Assembly: GCF_009914755.1 (NCBI RefSeq)
Contig: NC_060926.1
Direction: 5' to 3' (one strand)
From: the human T2T-CHM13v2.0 reference genome, Homo sapiens
Length of the DNA stretch: 64,000 nucleotides
The notes below the pieces were generated by a model, which was not told where the DNA came from, made no database searches, and worked only from the letters and a program-made list of their open reading frames with translations. Positions 50,343 to 64,000 of the stretch are shown here, in pieces (the first letter of the stretch is position 1; each line of letters starts with the position of its first letter). Both the position numbers and the translations under genes were made by a program.

Positions 50343-51872
50343 CAATTTTTAAAAATTGAGTTGTCAATTAAAATAAAATTGTCAGCCCTTATTGGATAGA
50401 AGTCCTGTATTGTGCTGAAAGGGAATCTTCAACAGTGATAATGATGGATAAAGATTAAAGCTTATATAGTTACCAACAAACACATATATTTGCTTGAAAG
50501 GTAATAAAATATATAGTTATATGATAAAAATTCTCAAGAAAAAATTTGAACTCCTGAGAATACACAGCTTCCTTCATTTTAAAGATAAGAAAGAGGAAAA
50601 AGTCTACAAAAACAAAAAGCCTTGTCCTTTTCCAATATTTTTTCTAAATTCTTTAAAAGACTGAATACAACACAATGATATTTTGTTTCAAACCTTTGTT
50701 TTAAAGAAATTCTTAATATTTTGTGTAACTATGCTTTTTCTAATTATATGTAGAAGACATAAAATAATTAATAAGCCATGAAATTAATATAAGTTTTTAC
50801 AGTATGTTTTAAAAGAGGCAAGTTATCATTCACTATTTTTTATAGTATCAAAGAAGGGGACAGAAAAACCCAGGAGAAAAAAATTGCTCTGTGTCTTAAG
50901 TGCTACATTTTATTTCTAATTTTGTATCTGTCATTAAACATCTGTGAGGACAAAATACACTTATAAAACAAATAATGCCACATATTGCAACAATGGAGAG
51001 TCATTCAAAGACAGTCATTTAAAGTCATTCATATTTGGGTTTCACAATATGCTATTTGAGCATAGAGGACTTCATTCTTAATTCAGAAGCTTAATTTGCC
51101 CAAATCCAGATTACTATAACATTTAGGAAGATAAAAACAAGTGGATTTGTTCTTTGTTTTCTCCCCTCTTTTCTGGGAATTAAACTTAAAGCTGCATCAA
51201 GTTACTTCAGAGCACCAGAAACAAATGCTATATTGTTTACATCCCCATCTAGTGGTCTTAAATTTCTGTTCTGCATAGTATTCAAAAAATAAATACTTAA
51301 AGATGAAAACTTAAACAAAATTATCTGACAAAAATTAACACAAACCAAAACTTTACAGCTATGAGAAATACTATTATGTTACCTAGTCTCACGCTATTAC
51401 AGTTAGAATGGAATGGAATGGCAGAGACTATGTGAAGCCACTAGAAAAAATAAGGAGCATTTTTCTGGAGCATCTATTTTACGTAATGCTAAATAATTTA
51501 AAACATTTTCTATTAATGCAAACATAGTCTGGAATAAAATGTTTACTAGTATTTCAGTTTGAGAAGCACAGGGTACAAACTCATTCCATTGAAAAAGAAC
51601 CTAATAACTTGAGCAATTAAGTTATTTGATCAAGTTCCCTCAACCCAACCATAATAGAGCAGTATCAACAACATAGATATTTTATACTTTTTCCATTACA
51701 AAATACAAATACAAAATACTAAATACCAATCCCAAGTGCCTAATTGCAATATACTTTATTCTTTGCATATAGTTTCTTAGACATTTTATTCTAACACCCA
51801 GAATTTCCCTTTTACTTCATATCATAGCACAGCACAGTTACAACCTGTACTAAAAGTACTATTTTCCATTCT

Positions 51873-51985
51873 AGTGGTGCATGCCTATAGTCCCAGCTAC
51901 TAGAGAGGCTGAGGTAGGTAGGACTGCTTGAGTCCAGGAGTTAGAGGACAGCCGGGGTAGTGAGACCACCTTGTGTCAAAAAAAT
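51873..51985 (+). mobile_element. FLAM-like monomer
   Basis: Single degenerate arm. Confidence 0.7.
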
Positions 51986-52059
51986 AAACTTACTATTCTA
52001 CATTTTTTCCTAAAATTGATTTAAAATTATGAAACTGATCTGATGGTGGGGGAGGCAAA

Positions 52060-52860
<801 letters not shown>

Positions 52861-54599
52861 AACTAGGTTCTCTTCTGTTGAATAATTTTTAAATGTAGGT
52901 GATTTAACATTATAAGCCTTTCCTAATTTTGACCTTTACACAGAATGTGATATGAAAATGTAACTTCCAAAAAAGTAATAATTTAAATAAATCCTTTCAA
53001 TGCCTAAATTAGTTCATCACTATTCAGGAATTGGCATTAAGAAGACAAATATTCATATTTATATATGAGAAAAGTGAAATAGGAAAATTAAACTTCTTTT
53101 AAGCATGAGGATATGTAATAATTTACTTAAAAACCTAGGAAGGAAATGCCAAATACTTGGGCCACCATTACCTCTTTCTCTGCCCAGGGCATACATCAAA
53201 AATCATTCAAAGTGCACTTTGCTATAGAGTGCTGATGCAGCCTCAATGCTCAATGCACAGTTCTAGGCAGTAATTACTACATAATCAGAGTTGGGGCTCC
53301 CATTGCGATGAATTTTCTATCTCTGGCTTAGGCAAAATTATTCTCAACAAACTGTAATCTATAGAAATTATTTTCCCTTTAAGGAAAAAATTATGTTCTG
53401 TAACATTCTTAATCCTAGGCTTATTATGTTAATAATGTGTGATGTTTTACAAGACTGAGCAAGAAAAACTGCTGGGGTAGTTCTGGACAGCTATCAGTAC
53501 CAGAACAAAATCCAATGTATACAAGAGAAAAAAGTATAATCTTACAAAAAGGAAAGCAAGGACAAAGAGGAAAAGAAGATGAAGATTACAACCTGTTAAG
53601 AAATTGAAAAATCTTTTTTATTATCCATTGCGTTAAGCTAATTCTTTGAGCTTTGTGTCTTGTGCTTACTTGACAATAAGTCTGTGCTTTTATGTCTTCA
53701 TACTACCTATTTGTTAGATACCACGGTTAGATTCTGATAGAATAAGTATATACATGGATTTATTTCCTATATTCTAAAACAGATTAAAATGTCAAATAAA
53801 ATTTTAAAGTAGAAAACCAAAAGGTACAATCAGGTTCAAAGTCAAAACAAACATGTGGACCAAAAACTGAAGAGTAATATAAATTAATGAATGGGGCTGT
53901 TACCCCGGGCACGTTAGTCTCCAGTCCAAAAGCAGGCAGTGACAGCAGCTGAAAATTCAGCCTCTGTGGAGTAACGCTCACTAAATATGCTGTATGTGAT
54001 AATAAGGGATCAGAGACAGGCTCACTATTTGAAACTACAGGTAGCTGCAGGACAGGAATAATATATATTCCTTATATATATTCCTTATCCTTATTCCTGT
54101 CCTTTGCAGTAGGGGCTGTTACCCCCTATTGCAAAATAAGGCTACAAAATGTGCTACCAACCTATTGCCCGGGATCCAGTTCTGTGGAGTTATATTGGCC
54201 CAGCAGACAGGAAGACAAAAATATAGCCTCATGATCATGCCTGTCAGGATGAGCAGTATCCCTAAATATATTACAGTGTAACAGCTCTGAAATGATGATA
54301 CAAAATCTATTGGTAGAATGGGGCAAGACTTGGGTAGAGGTAACCTCAAAATTGCTAGGGAGAGACTTCTGAGTATAGATCAAGAAGTAAAGGAGAAAGC
54401 GGGGGGAAAAAACTTCAAAATTTCCTTCTACATAAAATGAGCCTGCTAATCTAAATTCCAATACTGTAAGTTTTACCATAAGAGAAATACCATATGTTTT
54501 ACTATAAGAGAAAATCTTATGGTAAAATTTATCATAAGAGAAAATTACCATAAGAGAAAATCTTATGGCAAAACAGCTATCAAAATTAATAATCAGAAC

Positions 54600-54930
54600 A
54601 CTAGTTTACTATAAAAAATAATTTTATACAAGTCTGACAGATTTTAAAAGTCAGTGTTTAAGTGTTTAAGATGTTCAAAGAAATAAAGAATTCAAATTCA
54701 TCAAAAGAGGATAATAAATTATAAAACAAAATCAGGCAGAAATGACACAATACATAGATATGAAAAAGAAACAGACCAGACACAGTTTGACCAAAAAAAA
54801 AAAGGAAAAAGAAACAAATCAACATCTTAGACAAGAAAAATATAGCCACTGAAATAAAAACCTTAACAGATCTGATAAATGCTAGATTGAAAGAGAGAAT
54901 TACTATATTGAAGGATAGTTTTATCAGTTT
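54600..54930 (+). mobile_element. Possible HAL1/L1M ORF1 remnant
   Basis: A-rich degenerate ORF1-like sequence (aagatgttcaaagaaataaag). Confidence 0.35.
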
Positions 54931-54972
54931 GGACAATATACAGTCAGGGTTCCAGCAATTAAACAGTTGTTA

Positions 54973-55353
<381 letters not shown>

Positions 55354-55537
55354 TCAGGATTAGTATAAATGGGAGAGAACTGTGAAGAGAGGGCTGCCTT
55401 GAGAGGAGCTGTGACTTTCAGTAAAGGAACGTAGTCAACCCATCAATGGCAATCCTATAGGACTGGGGCCAGGGTAATAAATATCCCCTCAGTCTCTTCC
55501 TTCCCTCCTGCTGTTTTCTTTGCTTCCTGCTCAGGCT

Positions 55538-55823
55538 CTTTTTTTTTTTTTTTTTTTTTTAGACAGTCTCCCTCTCTCACTCAGGCTGGACCGCAGAGGC
55601 TCACTGTAGCCTCCATCTCTGGGGTCAAACAATCCTCCCACTTCAGCCTCCCCAGTGGCTGGGACTACAGGCATGGACCACCATGCCCAGCTAATTTTTG
55701 TATTTTTTGTAGACAGTATCTCACTATATTGTCCAGGCTGGTCTTGAACTCCCAGGCTCAAGTGATCTTCCTGCCTGGGCTTCCCAAAGTGCTGATTACA
55801 GGTGTGAGCCACCAAACCTGGCC
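55538..55823 (-). mobile_element. AluJ
   Basis: Dimer; TSD tcaggctct. Confidence 0.9.
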
Positions 55824-56559
55824 TTCAGGCTCTTTCTATTGGCCAAAACATTTGGAACTGGAAGGCAAGAGAGCCCACTAATATTGTTCAACCATCCAGA
55901 ATGGAGTGCAGAATGGAGAATGTTGAAGTAAATCTGGGGAGACAATAGAAGATACTGTGCACAGAAGCTCTTGGCTATGGAAAATAGCACAGCCAACTAT
56001 GTAGGGGCATTGGTTGGTGATGCAGGGGCAGAGAATGCTGATTATTTCATATAACGAGAAGACAGAACAGTTCCAGGGTTGACTAATTCATCAACTCAAT
56101 AATAGAACACCAGCTCAATTTCTCTGCAATTTCCTCTGTTTTCTTCTTGGCTGCAGGAGTTCCAAACACTGCATTCTCTTGCAATTATTCCAGAAGATGA
56201 AAAAAAGCACCATTTCTTCTCAAGCATCTCTGTTTTAGAGATAAACTGCCACCCCTCCCCCCCACACACACACACCTTTCTAGGAGTCCTCCCAGCAGAC
56301 TTTCCCTTACATCACCTTTTTTGTTTCTTTTTAAATCTCTTTGTTATTTTTGGCTAACTGTGTAAGAATTCGGAGTGCATTTCCCCCATGGAGCATTATT
56401 ATTTATGCTCTATGTACTTGTATAGAGTTGCCATCTGTATTATACTTTCGACAAATGTATAGGCTTTCCTTGGGCTGTCCAAGACACCAAGCAGCATGTC
56501 TAATGTCTAATTTTTTTTCTTTGGGAAAATACGTTCTGAACAAAACATTTCTTTAAAAG

Positions 56560-57740
56560 TCAGGTTTATTATAGTATAACTAACATACAGTAAGTTCACA
56601 CTATTTTATTTAGAGATGGGTTCTTGCTATGCTCTCCAGGCTGGTCTCAAACTCTCAGACTGGTATCAAACCTCCTGGGCTCAAGCAATCCTTCTACCTC
56701 AGCCTCCTGAGAAACTGGGACTACAGGCATGTGCCACCATGCTTGGCTAAAATCACACTTTTTAGCATATTGTTCTATAAGTTAAAACAAACACATAGAG
56801 TCATAACCACCACCACAACCAAAATATAGAACAGTTCCATCACTCCAAAATATTCCCTTATGCCCCTTTGTAGTTGGGTTAGTTTTCTTGTTGCTGCTAT
56901 AAAAAATTGCCATAAACTTGGTTCCTTAAAATAACACAAACATAGTTCCTCATGTCAGAAGCGTGAAATGAATTGTATGAGGCTAAAATCAAGGTGTTAA
57001 CAGCGCTGGTTCCTTCTAGAAGCTTCAGGGAAGATATCTGATTCTTGTTCCTTTCAGCTTCCAGGGACTACCAGTATTCCTTGGTTCCTGGCTACATCAC
57101 TGCAATCTGTGCTATGTCTTCTCCCCTACTAACTCTTTTTTCTCTTTAAGTATCTTTGTGATTAAATTTAGAGCTTACTCAGATAATCCAAGACAACTGC
57201 CCCATCTCAAGATTTTCAGTCATATCTACAAAGTCTTTTTTGCTTTATAAGGTAACACTTTCAGGTTCTAGAAATTCGAATGTGGATATCTCTGGGAGGC
57301 CATGATTCAGCCTACACAGTAGGCAACCCCTCTGTCCTCCAGCTGCTAGCAACCACTGCTGTTAGTCCTGTCCTATTTTTACCTTTTCCAGAATGTCATA
57401 TAAATGCAATCATTACAGTAAGGAGCCTTTTGAGTCTGGCTTCTGTCACTTAGCATAATACACATGAGATTCATCCATGTTGTTCTATTTTCAGTAGTTT
57501 GTTCTTTTGTATTACTGAATAATTCCACTGCATGGATGTACCACACTTTAACCATTCAAAAGCTGACGAATATTTGTGCTGTTTAGGGTTTTTGACAAGC
57601 ATGAATAAAGCTGCTATGAACACTGATGTGCAGCTTTTTGTGTGAACATAAAATTTTCACTTCTCTTGAGTAAAACCTAGGAATGAGATTGCTGAGTTGT
57701 GTAGTAAGTACACGTTTAGCTTTCTAAGAAACTGACAAAC
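56560..57740 (-). mobile_element. L1M 3' end containing an Alu monomer (about 56605-56750) and an MLT1 LTR
   Basis: gaacagttccatcactccaaaa and related 3'UTR motifs. Confidence 0.7.
56876..57318 (-). mobile_element. MLT1C/D-like MaLR LTR
   Basis: gctaaaatcaaggtgtt...cccatctcaagat...cagcctacaca; flanks gtagt / gtagg. Confidence 0.75.
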
Positions 57741-57788
57741 TAAATAAAGACTAAATTATTTGACAGACTAAATAAAAACTAAATTATT
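57733..57788. repeat. 28-bp tandem duplication
   Basis: tgaca(a/g)actaaataaa(g/a)actaaattatt occurs twice. Confidence 0.9.
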
Positions 57789-57875
57789 TAGTGGTTACCC
57801 ACTAAATAAAGAAAAAGTGGAAGAAGTAGTAATTAGTTGGACAATATTGTCTACACAATGATAGGATGAATTATC

Positions 57876-58009
<134 letters not shown>

Positions 58010-59327
58010 TAACTGTCTTTACTCATATTCCCCTTTACATTATTTGGTAACATACTCTTAAGTGTCACTAAAAGTTAAAGCATAGCTATACTTTTATTTG
58101 CACACATTCCTTATCCATTCTAATATTCTGGAAGAAATCATTTATTTTCTACAATGGCATTCTATGATATAGAATAAAATAATTTGATTTAGTAGTAACC
58201 TTTTCATATATCATAGATCAAAAAGGTATTTTTAAAACCTTCTGTAAGAAATGCTATATTTTCATACACAGAATTTCCTGCCAAACAGGCCAAGCTGTCC
58301 TCATCATGCTTACTCACTAAAGTGGAATTTGTGGGTGGAGGTATCTTTGCATAAAAGAGTCATGGTAATGTCCAGAACTCCTTCCTTTATGCCCCTGCTA
58401 TGCCTTTTTATGTATGCATATTAAACTAGACTGCTTACTGATTAGTTTTATTATATAAAGTTTTATGGATTTAATCATAGGTCTCTATGCTTTTCATAAG
58501 AAGAACAAAACATGACAAGGTGTTTCCACCTTATGGAAAAAGCTACAAATAAAATATAGAAAAATGTTGCACTGAGGTTGTAGTGTAATTTTATTAACAA
58601 CTTCCAGATACCAAGTGAAGTATAAATATAATTTTTATTTAGAAAGAAGTATCTATAAATAAGTTAACATTTGGTAACTGAAGCTTAACTAAGGTAGAAC
58701 ACTTAAGAATTACAAATGGGATGTGCATCTTACAACATTCAGCTCTTAAAATTTTTTTTGCAATAATTTTACACTTAAAGAAAACATGTACAAACTACCT
58801 AGTGCCAAGATCCTGGTTTCTAAATATCATTCTCTAATAAAAGGAACAAAGAAACCTTGAAGAAATAGCTGATTACAGGGCTGGATGAGAGAAAATAGAA
58901 GAAAAGGCAAAAGCATCTTGTAGTACCAGAAAGCAAGGTAATGCTCAAAAAACAAAGGAATGGGGCCATGTTAAAGGGCCACAAAAGCCTACCACAGAGA
59001 ACTCCCCATGGCCAATGCTGGAATAATTTGAGTGACAAAACAAATAATGGCATTATTACACTATACATAATGCCATATTACACTATAATGCAAAGAATAA
59101 AATAAATAAACATAAGTCCATACTGTTATTAATACATGATAAATAATAAATAAGAGTGAAATCTTCCTTACAGGATATGTAAGAGATATAGAAACTCCTC
59201 CCTCCAGGAGAAACTTAACTGCACCCCCTGACCTCAACTCCTTCCTTTCAGAGTGGGCTGGACTTAGTGACTCCTTTCCAAAGAAAAGAACAAGAAAAAT
59301 TGGAATTTAACAATAAAGAATAATAGA

Positions 59328-59625
59328 GACTGGCCCTGGTGGCCCCCACCTGTAATCCCAATGCTTTGGGAGGCTGAGGCAGGAGGATCGCTGAAGGCCA
59401 GGAGTTCAAGACCACCTTGGGAAACATAGCCAAGACCTTGTCTCTACAAAAAATTTAAAAATAGTTAGCTGAGTGTAGTGGCATGTGCCTGTAGTCCCAG
59501 CTACTCAGGAGGCTGAGGCAGGAGGAGCCCTTGAACCCAGGAGTTCAAGGCTACATTGAGCTATGATAGCATCATTACATTCCAGCTTGAGCTATAGAGC
59601 TACTTTAAAAAGAGAGAGAGAGAGA
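59328..59625 (+). mobile_element. AluJ
   Basis: Diverged dimer. Confidence 0.88.
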
Positions 59626-60108
59626 AAATGGCAGATTACTACCTTAACTAAGATATCAAGGTTTACCTCACCAGAGAGATCATGTTGATAGCATCTACCC
59701 TCTGATATGATGTAATGAAAGGGTACTTTGCCTCTGCGGTATTATTTCCAAAAAACAAATAACCCCACTCCAATCATGAGAAATACATAAGGCAAACCAA
59801 AACGGAAAAACAGCCTACAAATGTCTCACCAATACTCCTCAAACTGTCAGAGTCATGAAAAACAATACTAAGAAACTATCACAGACCAGAGGAGATTTGA
59901 GAGATGTAGCAACTAAATGCAATGTAGTAACCTGAATTGGATCTTGAACAGAAGAGGGATATTAAAAAAATAATAAGTGAAATCTGAATGAAGTCTGGAG
60001 TTTAAAAAGACATTAACCGAAAAACAGGTGAAATCCAAATAGTCTGGGGTTTAGATAACAGTAATGTGCTAATGTTGGTTTCTTAGTTTAAAAAAATATA
60101 CCACAGTA

Positions 60109-60407
60109 GGCCAGGCGTGGTGGCTCACACCTGTAATCCCAGCACTTTGGGAGGCCAAGGCGGACGGATCACAAGGTCAGGAGATCGAGACCACCCTGGC
60201 TAACATGGTGAAACCCTGTCTCTACTAAAAATACAAAAAATTAGCTGGGCATGGTGGCGGGTGCCTGTAGTCCCAGCTCCTCGGGAGGCTGAGGCAGGAG
60301 AATGGCGTCAACCCGGGTGGCGGAGCTTGCAGTGAGCCGAGATTGCGCCACTACGCTCCAGCCTGGGTGACAGAGCGAGACTCCATCTCAAAAAAAAAAA
60401 AAAAAAA
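60109..60407 (+). mobile_element. AluY
   Basis: Y diagnostics (gagatcgagacc, gaatggcgt, gagcttgcag). Confidence 0.92.
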
Positions 60408-60506
60408 GGCACCATAGTAATTGAAAATATTAACACTAGAGGAAACTGAAACTGAGAAGGGTGTATTATACAGTAACTTGCTGTACTATTTTTTTCTTTT
60501 TCAACT

Positions 60507-61320
60507 GTGAAAATAGAGTATTTGGTTTTTGTCTCCAATTCCTGGCACAAACTTTATAAAACTCTGGAAGCTTCTTGAGTAACAATGAGGTGGAGGAGAA
60601 TGTTTTGCTATTCATAGCAAGCTCCTTTCAACCATACCTGAATTTGTGCTACTAAGGTGAACAGCCTCAAGATAGAGGCTGGTTGCCAGGGCAACCAACC
60701 ATGTGATCAGATGGTTCCAACATTCAATCCTTTCCCCAGACCTCTGAGGGAGGGAAGAAAGGGTGGAGACTGTAGTCAATCACCAATGGACAATGATTTA
60801 ATCAATCATGTCTCTGTAATGGAATCTTCATGAAAACCTTAATCTAACAGGTTCAGAGAGGTTCCAGGTTGAATGCATTAACATGCCAGGAGGCAGAATG
60901 TGTCCAAAGCTCCATGGAGACAGAAGCTCCTGTACTCAAGACCCTTCCAGACCTCACCCTATATGCCTCTTTATCTATTTGCGCATTTGTATCCTTTATA
61001 ATAAACTGGTAATAGTAAAGTGTGTCCCTGAGTTCTGTAAGCTATTATAATAAATCGTTGAACATGAGGCAGAGGTTATGGGAACTCCCAATTTGTAGTC
61101 AAGTTAGTCAGAAGTACTGGAGAACTGGGATTTTGATTGGTGTCTGAAGCTGGAATTGAGGCAGTCTTGTGGGACTAAGCCCTACTTAGCCTGTGGGGTC
61201 TGATGCTAACTCTAGGTGGATAGCATCAGAACAAAATTGAATTGCATTGGTGTCCACAGTAAACTGGAGAATTCTTGGTGTGGAAAATTGATACATTTGG
61301 TATCAGAAATGTTGTGAGTA
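60507..61320 (+). mobile_element. MER21-family LTR
   Basis: accaaccatgtgat, caatgatttaatcaatcatg, gacccttccagacctcaccctat, gtggggtctgatgctaactc. Confidence 0.8.
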
Positions 61321-61399
61321 CAGGACAAATTTTTTCTTTTATCTACTTTTACATATCTTAAATTATTATAAAGTAAAAGTTTATTTTCTATTTTACTAT

Positions 61400-61678
61400 T
61401 GTTTTTTAAGGCAGAGTCTTGATCTGTCACCCAGGCTGAAAGGCAGTGTGAGATCCTAGTTCATTGCCACCTTGATCTCCCTGACTCAAGCAATCCTCCT
61501 GCCTCAGCCTTCCGAGTACCTGGGACTACAGGCATGTGCCACCACACCCAGCTAGTTTTTTTTTAATTTTTAGTAGAGATGAGGTCTTGTTATGTTGTCC
61601 AGGCTTGCCTTGAACTCCTAAGCTCAAGCAGCTTCCCAAAATGCTGGGACTACAAGCATGAGACACCAGGTCCAGCCC
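61400..61678 (-). mobile_element. AluJ
   Basis: Diverged dimer. Confidence 0.88.
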
Positions 61679-61689
61679 AGACATTTATT

Positions 61690-62465
61690 TTTTAAAAACT
61701 ACAAGGAATTTCCATATACATGTTACTCAGATTGCCCAAACTCAACGTTTTGCCACATTTAACTTATCAGTCTCTTTCTACTCCCTTTATAAAGATATTT
61801 TTCATCATTCCCTTTTACTCCTTAATATTTCAATGTATATTTCTGTTAAAAGTACATTTATCAAAATAAGGAAGTTAGTATTAATACAATACTATCCAAT
61901 ACAGACCGTCACATTTCACCAATTGTTTCACTAATGTACTTTATAACAAAAATATGAAAAAAGAGTAATATAAAATAAAAATTGGTTCCATTCTAACCCA
62001 TGATCCAATCGAGGGTCATACATTATTTTTAATTGTCATACCTCTTTGGACTTCTTTGATCTGGAATGCATTCTTCAGTCTTTGTTTTTCATGACCTTGA
62101 CATTTTTGAAAAGTACAAACCATTTATTTTGTGAAATGTCCCTCAATTTGGGCTTTACTGATTGTTCTTCATGTTTATGTTCAGGTTATGCATTTTTGCA
62201 GTAATACGGCAGAAGCGATGTGCTCTTGTGAATCCTGTCGAGATGCATGCTATTGGTCCCACTACTGTTAGTGTTAACTTTCACAACTTGGTAAAGGTGG
62301 TATATGTCATGTATGTCCATTGTATAGTTGCTATTTTTTTTTCCATTTTTGATTAGTATCTTGTGGGGAGATATTTTGAGTATGTAAAAACATCCTCCTT
62401 GTAACCAACTCTTCACAAAATACCGTAAAATCCATTAATGATTTTTGCCTGAAACAATTCCTGAC
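61690..62465 (-). mobile_element. L1MC 3'UTR
   Basis: catgaccttgacatttttgaaaagtac...atgtccctcaatttggg. Confidence 0.65.
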
Positions 62466-62520
62466 TAGAATTCTATTCTACATCAACTTGTCTAGCTCCA
62501 TAAAAGCGCACGTATTTTTC

Positions 62521-63693
<1,173 letters not shown>

Positions 63694-63696
63694 CCA

Positions 63697-64000
63697 TGTT
63701 GGTATTTTTATTGAGATTGTCTTTCACAAGTATTTTAAAGCTTTTCTCAAATAGCTTTTACATACTTCTGGTTACATTTATTCCTAAGTATTTTATCTTC
63801 CTCATTGTTATTTAATTGGGGTTTCCCTTACCACTCTATTTTCTAACTGGTAGTTATTGATACATATATATATAAAATATTAATTTCTGAATGCCAATTT
63901 TATAGGCTACTAGTTACTGATTTATTATTTGAGTTAGTTTTACCATTGATTTTCTAGTGCAGAAGTCCGCACACTGTATCTTTTCAGTAAAAACACCAGA
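63697..64000 (-). mobile_element. L1M ORF2 fragment
   Basis: tttattcctaagtatttt and related ORF2 motifs. Confidence 0.55.

Larger units (their letters stand above)
58795..60505 (+). mobile_element. L1MC/MD 3'UTR
   Basis: gtgggctggacttagtgactc and caactaaatgcaatgt motifs. Confidence 0.65.

Noticed and set aside
54470-54574. CRISPR-like reading of the palindromic repeat array
   Set aside because: No unique spacers of regular length, no cas genes, and a primate genomic context.

Overview
Primate (hominid, most likely human) non-coding DNA made almost entirely of interspersed repeats. It holds an L1PA remnant (1-3205), an old L1MA 5' half, many ancient L1M fragments, about 40 Alu/FLAM/FRAM copies, LTR elements (MLT1, MLT2, MER11, MER21, LTR33/41-like) and hAT DNA transposons (MER63, MER1A/B). 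A young twin-primed L1PA2-like insertion lies at 37179-39135 and an Alu-interrupted RPS3A processed pseudogene at 62521-63693 (minus). I can support no intact protein-coding gene; the ORF track is L1, Alu or pseudogene read-through. I found no convincing new biological system. The most unusual items are a MaLR provirus whose two LTRs look like different families yet share a near-matching 5-bp flank, two tiny TSD-flanked retro-insertions, a possible Alu-L1 chimera, two candidate minus-strand small exons, and a hairpin/palindrome cluster near 54 kb. Subfamily names come from recalled consensus sequences and need RepeatMasker/Dfam confirmation; boundaries of old elements are approximate.
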